NCBI GenBank assembly: GCA_963715645.1
Contig: OY970259.1
Coordinates: 71,841 to 135,840, forward strand
Source: an uncultured Thermoplasmata archaeon
GTDB taxonomy: Archaea > Thermoplasmatota > Thermoplasmata > Lutacidiplasmatales > UBA184
Direction of reading: 5' to 3'
DNA length: 64,000 nucleotides
How positions within the stretch are numbered: position 1 is the stretch's first letter; every line of letters begins with the position of its first letter. Under the pieces are notes generated by a model, which worked only from the letters and a program-made list of their open reading frames with translations, did not search any database and was not told the origin of the DNA. Both the position numbers and the translations under genes were made by a program. This document shows positions 10,867 to 18,548 of this stretch, in pieces.

Positions 10867-11898
10867 CGGAGGCGACTCCCTCGCCGGGAGGGGTCCGGGA
10901 GCTCGGCCGGTTCCTCGAGATCCAGAACCTCGGACTGAACCTCGCCTTCGCGGTCGCGTTCCTGCTGCTGGCCGCCAATGGGTGGCCGTCCCTGTGGACC
11001 GCCTTCCTGGTCGTCGTCGCCTTTGTGGGGGCCCGCAATGCCGGGCACAGCTTCAACCGCTGGGCCGACCGCGAGTTCGACGCGAAGAACCCCCGCACCC
11101 AACGACGAGCGATCCCCTCCGGACAGCGGTCGCCGGGCTCGGCGCTCGCGCTGGCGGCGGGGAATGGCGCCCTCCTGGTCGTCGCTGCCTATCTCCTGAA
11201 TCCGCTCGCCTTCGTGCTCGCTCCGGTAGCCCTCGTGTTGATCTTCGGCTACAGTTACACGAAGCGGGTCACCTCGCTCACCACGCCCTTTCTCGGCCTC
11301 GTCCAGGCGATCACCCCGGCCGCTGCGTTCATCGCCGTTCGGGGGACCCTCCCGCTTCCCTGTACTCGCCGCCGTCGGAGGGCTGCTCGCTTGGGGGACC
11401 GCCTTCGAAACGATCCACAGCCTCGGGGATGTCGAGAGCGACCGGGCGCTCGGCCTCCGGTCGTTGCCGGTCCGCATCGGGGTGCCCGCCTCGGTCCGAG
11501 CGGTCCCGCTCCTTCATGCGGCGGCCCTGGCCATGCTCGCGCTGTTCGGCCTCTTCCTCCACCTGCGGGTCGCGTACTTCATCGCGCTCGTTCTGATGGG
11601 GGGACTGGTCGCGGTAACGGACCGAACGGTGGCCCGCGAACCGACGGCGCCCCGCTCCCCCTTCCGGTGGCACTTCGCGATGGCCGCACTCTTCCTGGTC
11701 GGAGTGGGTCTAGCGCCGTTCGGTACCGATAGGCCCGGCGCTCGGCCTCCCCTAGTCGGCGCGCGCCGAGAGAGGCGGCCTCGCCTCGGTGAGCTAAAGT
11801 GTCCGGCCCCCTCCGGCAGGCGGACCCATGCCGCAGGTGATGATCGGCCTCTCGGCCCGCGACTACCGGACGACGAACGAGGTCTGGCGGCTGGCTAA
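10863..11898 (+). CDS. ubiA: UbiA-family aromatic prenyltransferase, one frame break, 3' end uncertain
   Basis: GTG overlaps the ubiD stop (GTGA). NAGHSFNRWADREFDAKNPRTQRRAIPSG is the UbiA Asp-rich motif region, with multiple TM helices. The frame switches near 11350-11360 to ..LAWGTAFETIHSLGDVESDRALGLRSLPV.. (second motif). The tail after about 11760 may not be translated. Confidence 0.75.
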
Positions 11899-12184
11899 GC
11901 GCCATCTGAACCCGGCCGTGCGGCGACGGATCGGCTGGCGTGGCCGCTCTAGCTTCCTCCGCCAGCTGATCCTGTACGGGTTCGAGAAGGCGAGCGAGAA
12001 CCCGGGCGGATTCCTCCGGGCGGTCCGGGATCTGCACGACCCCTTGTTCGGGAAGCGCGGGAGGTCCGAAGCGGGGGCGGACCGCCGGGAGTCCCTGGTT
12101 CCCACCTGGGAGGCGTTCTTCTCCGTGGCCACCGAGCCGACCCGACCCCGCGGCCGGCCCGCGAAGCCCCGGTCGTCCGAGTGA
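11828..12184 (+). CDS. Hypothetical small protein, possible ribbon-helix-helix DNA binder
   Basis: 118-aa ORF. The N-terminal beta-strand-like QVMIGLS followed by helical segments is RHH-like. Its stop overlaps the next gene (GTGA). No family recognised. Confidence 0.4.
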   Translation: MPQVMIGLSARDYRTTNEVWRLAKRHLNPAVRRRIGWRGRSSFLRQLILYGFEKASENPGGFLRAVRDLHDPLFGKRGRSEAGADRRESLVPTWEAFFSVATEPTRPRGRPAKPRSSE

Positions 12185-12216
12185 GCACGCTGGGTCACCC
12201 GGGAGAGGAACGAGAC

Positions 12217-14077
12217 ATGCGCTCGGTCGAGCGGTTGGAAGGTCTGGCTCTCGTCGGCCGGGCGACCCTCGGTGGGCTTTCGCTCCCCCTACCGGGCCTC
12301 TTGGAGAGCCGGACCGAGGCAGCGGAGCCCCCGGGCCTCTCGCTCCGTTCGGTCGAGGCGCCGCTCGCCCAGCGTCACCTTCGCATCTCCGACGGCACCT
12401 CGACGCTCGACATCGAATTCCCGGTCCCGTCTCCCGAGGTGGTGGGGCCCCCGGGGGGAGTGGTCCTCGCCGGTCCGGGGACGCTCCTCGTCCGCCCTCC
12501 CTTTCCCCCCACCTCCCCGGCCCCGGGCCGGTTCGCGCGCCCGAGCTCCTGGTCTGGGGCAATGCCCGCGCCCTCTGGGCGGAGGGACTTCCGTTCATCC
12601 AGGCCCTCCGGGAACTGCGCACGACGTTCGGGGCCGGCCCGGTGCTGTGGGCCCCGCGGGTCGCCCTGCCCCACCGCATCCCGCTGCTCTGCTATCTCGG
12701 AGTGGAGCTGACCGACTCCACCGAGGGACAGATCGCCGCCGCCCGGGGCGAGGACCCTCGACCCCACCCTCGGCGTGACCGACCGCACCGTCGCGCGAGC
12801 GGAGGGACGCTGCCGTTGTGCGGCGTGCACCGCCGAGCCGCCGGGTTCGCTCGAGGCCCATACCGCCGAGGCCTACCGGGAGGCGCTCGCCGAGACCCGG
12901 ACGGCCGCCCGGACCGCCGCTCCGGGAGCTTGTCGAGTCGCGGCTCGCGGCCGAGCCGGCGTTGGCCGAGCTGCTCCGGTACGCGGACCGGGAGCTAGCC
13001 GGGCTCCTCGAAGAGCGGACGCCGGTCACCGGGAGTGGGTCCCATACCTACGTCCTCCTCGAGTCCCACCGTCGGCCGGAGATGGTCCGGTTCCGCCGAC
13101 GCCTAAGGGAACGTTACGCTCCCCCACCGTCCAAGTCGGTCCTCCTCCTGGTCCCGTGCTCTCGAACGAAGCCGTACCGCTTCTCCCGGAGCCATCGCCG
13201 CTTCGCGAGCGCTCTCGAAGGGCTCTCTCCCCTCGAGCGCGTCCACCTCGTCTCCGTGAGCTCGCCGATCGGGCTCGTTCCGCGGGAGCTCGAGGACGTG
13301 CCTCCCGCCCGCCACTACGACATCCCGGTCACCGGCGACTGGGAAGAGCGGGAACGGACGGTGGTGATCGAGGGCCTCCGTCACTTCGCGGTCTCGGGTC
13401 ACTACCGGTCGGCCGTCGTCCATCTCGACCCCGAAGAGTACCGGTTCCTGCGAGACGCCTGGCCCGTCGGGCTGCCGGCGCGGTGGACCCTCTCCGGCGA
13501 CCGCACGACCTCCCGGGAGGCCCTTGATGCCCTGCGGAGCGCGATAGGTGAGGCCCTCGCTGCGGAGCGGCCGGTTGCGGGAGGCCCGCTCGCGGTGGTC
13601 CGGGAGGAGCTGCACGAGGTCGCCGCGGTCCAGTTCGGCCGGAGCGCCGCGGACCGCCTCTTCACCGGACCCATCCGTCTCGCCGGACGCCCGTGGTTCC
13701 AGCGGCTGACCGACGGCCGCACGGACCTCGCGACCCTGCGGGAGGAGCGAGGGCTCTTCCACCTGACGGTCGCGGGCGCTCGTCGACTTTTCCCCGACCC
13801 CCCCCTATGGGTCGCCGTGGACCCGGCGCTGCCTCTGACCGGGGACCTGTTCGTGCCGGGCGTGCGCGCAGCGGATCCGGGAATCCGCGCCGGGGACTCG
13901 GTCCTCCTCCTCCGGGAAGGGGCCCTCGCGGGCGTGGGGGAGGCCGCGCTGCCCGGCCGCTTGATGGTCGAGCTGCGGCGCGGGGTTGCGGTCCGGGTGC
14001 GTCACCGGGAGCATGCGGCGACCGACACGCCCATCACCGAGCAAGGTCCTCCGTCGACACCAGGGCCGGTCGTCTAG
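12217..14077 (+). CDS. arcS: Archaeosine synthase ArcS-like protein (TGT-like N-domain, DUF5591-type core, C-terminal PUA), at least three frame breaks
   Basis: Pieces lie in four frames: ..VLWAPRVALPHRIPLLCYLGVELTDS (TGT-like), RCRCAAC zinc motif, LRELVESRL, LLLVPCSRTKPY (DUF5591 hallmark), and a PUA-like end GDSVLLL..GVGEAALPG. Breaks near 12505-12540, 12745-12755 and 12905-12920. GGGAGAGG lies 8 nt before ATG 12217. Confidence 0.6.
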
Positions 14078-14135
14078 GGGTGAGGACGCCGCGCTTACAA
14101 CGCGGAGATTGGCGGTTCGAATCCGCCCCGGCCCA
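14063..14135 (+). tRNA. tRNA-Val (anticodon TAC)
   Basis: Hand-folded cloverleaf: acceptor GGGCCGG/CCGGCCC, D arm GTCT-AGGGGTGA-GGAC, anticodon arm CCGCG-CTTACAA-CGCGG, T arm GGCGG-TTCGAAT-CCGCC, discriminator A. No encoded CCA. Confidence 0.9.
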
Positions 14136-14146
14136 CTCGACCGACG
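14132..14146 (+). repeat. Direct repeat copy 1 (CCCACTCGACCGACG) overlapping the last 4 nt of tRNA-Val
   Basis: Exact 15-mer repeated at 14959-14973. Read directly from the sequence. Confidence 0.85.
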
Positions 14147-14244
14147 GAGGGCATCCCCCCCACTCCGCTACGGGGGATGCTCACCATCGCGGGACCATGG
14201 CGTCGCCTACGCGCAGTACTTTCAACAGGAATCGCTCCGGACGA

Positions 14245-14835
14245 CTATGGGCCTTCTAGGACCACGGGTGATGTAACCGTAACAGTCTCGTTCGTGGCTT
14301 GCTCATCAACGACAACTAAGGCCCAGGTTGCGACGGGCAGGACCCCCAAATCGCTGGTGACGTTGATCGGTAGTGAGGATAGGTTGATTGTCACGGCCGA
14401 GGAGAACGTAGTGTTCCAAGTCCCCCAGGGCGGAGGGTTGAATGGTGCCGGGCACGGGTGGACGAATCCGGTCAATTGTATCTCCAATTCACACGCCCAA
14501 ACGGATGGCAGCACCCAGACCGAAGAAGGACCTTTGACCTCTAGGCTCCCTGAGATTCTTGAGCGCCCGGTCACATTCAGAGGAATCCAAGCAGCACCTG
14601 CCATCGAACATGAGTACTCGGTGCCCCCCGCGACCTGAGTAATGTTACACCACGTGGAGGGCGGGGTAAGCAGCCAGCTCCTCCCCTGAGGCTCGACGAC
14701 GAATGCAGAATGGCTCTGACGCGGTTGAGACTCCAGGGAAAATCCAGCCAGCAACAGGCCAGTTGAGAGGCCAAGGATTAGCACGACAACCCTCCATCTA
14801 GCGGGAGTCTTCAGAACCGGGAAGCGTCCCGTCAT
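14245..14835 (-). CDS. Hypothetical secreted/membrane-anchored glycoprotein-like protein in a low-GC insert
   Basis: 196-aa ORF. N-terminal hydrophobic anchor RWRVVVLILGLSTGLLLAGF and six N-x-S/T sequons (NIT, NVT, NTT, NLS, NVT, NET). Preferred over overlapping + strand ORF 14177..14638, which lacks such features. Confidence 0.5.
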   Translation of the reverse strand: MTGRFPVLKTPARWRVVVLILGLSTGLLLAGFSLESQPRQSHSAFVVEPQGRSWLLTPPSTWCNITQVAGGTEYSCSMAGAAWIPLNVTGRSRISGSLEVKGPSSVWVLPSVWACELEIQLTGFVHPCPAPFNPPPWGTWNTTFSSAVTINLSSLPINVTSDLGVLPVATWALVVVDEQATNETVTVTSPVVLEGP

Positions 14836-14958
14836 GGAACCCCTGCGGGCAATCCCTCAGCGCTCCACTCGCGATGAACGTAACTGACAAGGTGAGCGGA
14901 CCTCGAAGCGGCCCAACAACGGACGGGAAATGCGCCGTTCGGGTGACCGGAGATGCCC

Positions 14959-14973
14959 CCCACTCGACCGACG
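14959..14973 (+). repeat. Direct repeat copy 2 (CCCACTCGACCGACG)
   Basis: Exact copy of 14132-14146, located 124 nt upstream of the insert ORF start. Confidence 0.85.
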
Positions 14974-15160
14974 CCCGACCCCGGGGCCTCGTGGGCCAGG
15001 GGTGGCGGCGCTCGAGGCGCCCGGTCACGATGAGCCAGCACCGACCCGAACGGGCGCCGAGCCCGGGCCTCCCGACGGCCGCTCCCAGTCGGTCGGAGAG
15101 GATGCGTCTCCCCGGGGGGCCGGTGGGGCCGCCCCGAACTCCGAGACCTCGGGGCGCGCG

Positions 15161-16456
15161 TCAGGCTCGCCCCGACCCAGCGGGGGGGAGTGGAGCCACG
15201 ACCTCACCGCCAATCTCCTCGGGCGGCCGAAGGCGGCGGAAACGGGAGTAGACCGCGACATCGTAGCCGATCTTGACGCACCCCGCGAGCGCGAAGGGGG
15301 CGGCGACCCACGGCCCACCCGCCGCGAGGAACGACCCGGTGACCGGCGCACCGAACGCCTGGCAGCTCCGGGCCGCGGTGGTGTAACCGGCCGCGGCGGC
15401 GCGGTCCCCGGGCGGAACGACCGCCTGGGTGTACGACTGGCGCGTGGGGACATCCATCTGAGAGAGCGTGGCCCGTGCGACCCAGAGGACGGACGCGATC
15501 ACGAAGGACGGGGCGAACACGACGAGGATGAGGAAGACGTTCGACGGAATGTGGCTGAAGACCATGGTGTTGACGAGACCGAACCGCCGGGCCAGCGGCG
15601 CGGCCAGAACGAGAGAGGCCCCGGCGGCCAGATTGCTGAGAAAGAAGACGAGCCCGAGCTGGTCGACCCCGGGGTGGAACTGGGTCGAGAAGTAGTAGAC
15701 GACGAGGCTGTTCACGATGAGTCCGCCGGCGAAAGCGTCGACGGAGAACAGCGCCGAGAGAGCGTAGACGACCGGCCGGCTCGGCGGCGAGAGCGGAGAG
15801 GGCCGCTCCCGCGCCGCGAGGCGGTCCACGTCGCTCGAAAGACCCCGATACAGGGGGACGAGAGCGAGACCGAGGAGAGCGTAGAAGAGGAGCGCGGCGT
15901 CGTGCGGGCCCGGAGGAAGCCCCACGACCGTCGGTCCGCGGAGCGAGGTGAGCGGACCGGCCGCGAGGGCGCCCACGGCGACCCCCACGTACCCCAGCAG
16001 GTTGTAGAGGGCGTAGGTGTGTGTTCTCCCCTGGTCCGCCGTCGTTCCCGCGAGAGCGGCCTGCTCAAGGGCGCCCAGGGGGCTCACGTCAGCCCCCCCG
16101 GCCACGATCCCGCCCAACAGGAGAGCCCCGATCAAGAGCGCGGGGTTCGCGATGTCGACCCAGAGGATCCCGCCCCCGAGGGCAAGCGCGGCGGCGGACA
16201 CCACCAAGGTCGATCGACGACGCCAATGCGCTTCGATCCGAGGCACCGCGATGGCCCAGGCCGCGGCTCCCCCCAGCGCGAGACCGAGAATGATGCCGAT
16301 GGCGAAGGACGAGTAACCCACCCCGGTGAGGTCGAGGGCGATCACGATTGAGAGGGCGCCGGCGCCGAAGCCCCGGGCCATCCGGGTCCCCATCAGCAGA
16401 AGGCGGTCCCGCCGCACCGACACCCCTGCCGAGCCGGGCGTGCCGTTCGCGGTCAT
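15161..16456 (-). CDS. Major facilitator superfamily transporter
   Basis: 431-aa ORF with about 12 hydrophobic segments and Gly/Ala-rich helices typical of MFS. No frame break. Confidence 0.75.
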   Translation of the reverse strand: MTANGTPGSAGVSVRRDRLLLMGTRMARGFGAGALSIVIALDLTGVGYSSFAIGIILGLALGGAAAWAIAVPRIEAHWRRRSTLVVSAAALALGGGILWVDIANPALLIGALLLGGIVAGGADVSPLGALEQAALAGTTADQGRTHTYALYNLLGYVGVAVGALAAGPLTSLRGPTVVGLPPGPHDAALLFYALLGLALVPLYRGLSSDVDRLAARERPSPLSPPSRPVVYALSALFSVDAFAGGLIVNSLVVYYFSTQFHPGVDQLGLVFFLSNLAAGASLVLAAPLARRFGLVNTMVFSHIPSNVFLILVVFAPSFVIASVLWVARATLSQMDVPTRQSYTQAVVPPGDRAAAAGYTTAARSCQAFGAPVTGSFLAAGGPWVAAPFALAGCVKIGYDVAVYSRFRRLRPPEEIGGEVVAPLPPAGSGRA

Positions 16457-16538
16457 CGTACCCTCGGTTCGGCCGGACGCGCCCCCGCCTCGACCAAGAG
16501 CGTCGGTGGGACGGTGGGTTCGATGCTGCCCCGTGCCA

Positions 16539-17012
16539 CTATCTGGACCCGCCTCCCGTATGCTCGAGCTTCCCTCCTCGTTCGACCTTCCACCGGCAGT
16601 AGGCGTAGAGCGCGTCGTAAAGCGGGAACTGGAGGCGTTGGTTCTCTAGGTCGTCGCGGGCCAGCATTCGGAAGCCGGTTGCGGCCGCCTCAAGTCCCCC
16701 CGCTTCGAGCTCCCGGCCGGAGCCGCCGTCGGCCACTCGCACGATCTTCGCGAGGGCGAGCAGGGCCGGGTCCGTGAGCTTGTACTTCCGTATGATCGCG
16801 TCAAAGCTCACGTACTCCGTGCCTTGCTCTTCGTAATGGTGGAGCTCCGCCCCGGGCGTGTCGAACGGGATGGCTCCCTCTCGCTCGGCCACCTCCATCA
16901 CGTTCTCCTTGGGTACGTAGAGAAATTCCGCGGAGGGGTCGACGAACTTCCGGATCAACCACGGGCACGCGATCCGGTCCACTCTCGCCTTCTCCCGGGT
17001 CACCCACTTCAT
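16539..17012 (-). CDS. ChrB C-terminal (chromate-resistance) domain protein
   Basis: MKWVTREKARVDRIACPWLIRKFVDPSAEFLYVP..AIPFDTPGAEL..SFDAIIRKYKLTDPALLALAKIVRVAD matches the Chrome_Resist/ChrB domain pattern as I remember it. Confidence 0.7.
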   Translation of the reverse strand: MKWVTREKARVDRIACPWLIRKFVDPSAEFLYVPKENVMEVAEREGAIPFDTPGAELHHYEEQGTEYVSFDAIIRKYKLTDPALLALAKIVRVADGGSGRELEAGGLEAAATGFRMLARDDLENQRLQFPLYDALYAYCRWKVERGGKLEHTGGGSR

Positions 17013-17068
17013 GACGGGACCTCGGCGGAGCGCACTGCGGGCCGGCTCATGAGGATACCATCGGGGGA

Positions 17069-17833
17069 CTAGGCACGAAGAGGACCCCGCGAGGCGGTGG
17101 CGGGGCTCGCCGAAATGATGCTGAGCGCGCTTCGGCGGGAGGCGGGGTGCGATCCGACCCCCCGAGTACGGTCAGGTCCGAGCTCGCGGCGGCCGCTGGG
17201 TCTCGCCCGCCCCACGGGGACCCGTCGGAGCACGACGTACGTGAACGGTTGACGGACCCCCCACGGGGTTCGATGACTCTCCCGGAGCTCCCGGACGAGA
17301 GCGAATCCCGGCGCGAACTCCGCCTCGAGCTTCCTACCGTCGTATCGGACCACGTCGAGGCCGCTACACTTTTCCGGCCCATCCAACGCAAAGGTGGCGA
17401 GCACGAGATGGCCTCCGAGGGGGACGGTCCGTTGAGCCAGATCCACGTACGCTCGTCGGTCCTGGGGGTCGGTGAGGAAGTGAAAGACCGCCCGGTCGTG
17501 CCACACGTCGAATCGGCCCAGGCGATCGATGGTGGTGACGTCCGCGTCGATCCGACGGACGCCCGGAACACCGGCGTTCGACCGATGCTGCCTTGAACGG
17601 AGTGCCGCGTCCGCGATGTCGACAACGGTAACGCCCCTGAACCCCCTCTGGCTCAGTCTCGCGGCGAGAGAGGAGGTGCCTCCGCCGATGTCGATGATGC
17701 GATCCTTCAAGGTCGCAAGGTCTCGAATCAGACGCAACGACAGAACCGGTTCGCCCTGATACCAGCTCAATTCGTCCTCGGCCTTGGTCCGATAGATGGA
17801 CTCCCAGTGCTGCCGGCGAGGTACCGCTGTCAA
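17069..17833 (-). CDS. Class I SAM-dependent methyltransferase
   Basis: WESIY..SWYQ.. N-terminus and motif I IIDIGGGTSSLAARL, then VTVVDIADAAL. The Arg-rich tail after about residue 205 may be non-native. Confidence 0.75.
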   Translation of the reverse strand: MTAVPRRQHWESIYRTKAEDELSWYQGEPVLSLRLIRDLATLKDRIIDIGGGTSSLAARLSQRGFRGVTVVDIADAALRSRQHRSNAGVPGVRRIDADVTTIDRLGRFDVWHDRAVFHFLTDPQDRRAYVDLAQRTVPLGGHLVLATFALDGPEKCSGLDVVRYDGRKLEAEFAPGFALVRELRESHRTPWGVRQPFTYVVLRRVPVGRARPSGRRELGPDRTRGVGSHPASRRSALSIISASPATASRGPLRA

Positions 17834-18025
17834 GGATTGGGCCAGGGACCTTCCCCGCTACAGCAGGGAGCAAAGCTACCCCTCCGTTCTCGATAACTGC
17901 GTCGATTGGCCATGAGTTCGGCCGGGGGCTTGCCCGTCGTCCGGCCAGACGCGAGAACCTGCCTATCGGCCTCGCGGCGGGGGGGCGTTCACGGGACCGC
18001 AGGTTCGACCGTCGGCATCCTGCGT

Positions 18026-18199
18026 CTAACCCGCCGGCCTCCGCTTGATCGCAATCCGCGGTCGGGTTGCCGGGACCCCGGGCTCAGATCGAGTCCGCCG
18101 GGGGCAGGCCGGGCAGCAGGCGCGTTGGACCGAGCAGCAGGCACAGCACTTGCAGCAGCTGGAGCAGGCGCAGCACGCACACGCGAGTTCGGGCGGCAT
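18026..18199 (-). CDS. Putative 57-aa cysteine-rich (metallothionein-like) small protein, not in the supplied ORF track
   Basis: My translation: MPPELACACCACSSCCKCCACCSVQRACCPACPRRTRSEPGVPATRPRIAIKRRPAG*. 13 Cys in residues 7-32 as CxC/CC/CxxC motifs, no aromatics or His, ATG start preceded by GAGGGGGTG. 47 of 57 codons end in G/C. Caveat: the antisense + frame shares the same wobble positions and also stays open (Gln-rich). Confidence 0.35.
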   Translation of the reverse strand: MPPELACACCACSSCCKCCACCSVQRACCPACPRRTRSEPGVPATRPRIAIKRRPAG

Positions 18200-18548
18200 C
18201 ACCCCCTCATGAACCCTACGAGTTCATCTCACCTTCGAGGGATGTCCTTGGGGCCGTTCCCCGGGCGTAGCACGCGGGGCGGCCGACCGGGGGCACGCAA
18301 AGACCTGATGGAAGCTCCCCGTTGTCGAGCAACGGCCCTGGGGCGGCGGGAACCGATTCGAAGCCGGTCTCGCTGTCGTTGCGCGATGCGAAGCCGTTTC
18401 CGTCTACCTCGGGGGGGCGGTGTTGCGATCGGTCCTTGGCCGACTTACTCGGGCCCGGCACCCGCGAGCTCGGGGCTCGAGCCTCCTTCGGCACCCTCGC
18501 CGTGTTCCCCCGGCCCCGCGGACCCCCCCTCCTCCGCTCGACACGGAT

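Larger units (their letters stand above)
14132..14973. mobile_element. Putative tRNA-Val-targeted integrated remnant (low-GC insert between 15-bp direct repeats)
   Basis: 15-bp direct repeats bracket about 810 bp whose composition is clearly lower in GC (31 G+C in the 60 nt at 14267-14326, against a visibly GC-richer flank). It carries a single ORF and no integrase. Confidence 0.35.

Noticed and set aside
18045-18212. Plus-strand Gln-rich reading (..QQARWTEQQAQHLQQLEQAQHAHA..) antisense to the Cys-rich ORF
   Set aside because: It has no ATG, only a TTG, and no upstream ribosome-binding-like element. It shares wobble positions with the minus frame, so its apparent coding bias is not independent evidence. 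I keep it as the explicit alternative hypothesis.
18209-18227. Short inverted repeat ATGAAC-N7-GTTCAT just upstream of the Cys-rich ORF
   Set aside because: Arms of only 6 bp are expected many times by chance in 64 kb. This is not enough to call an operator.
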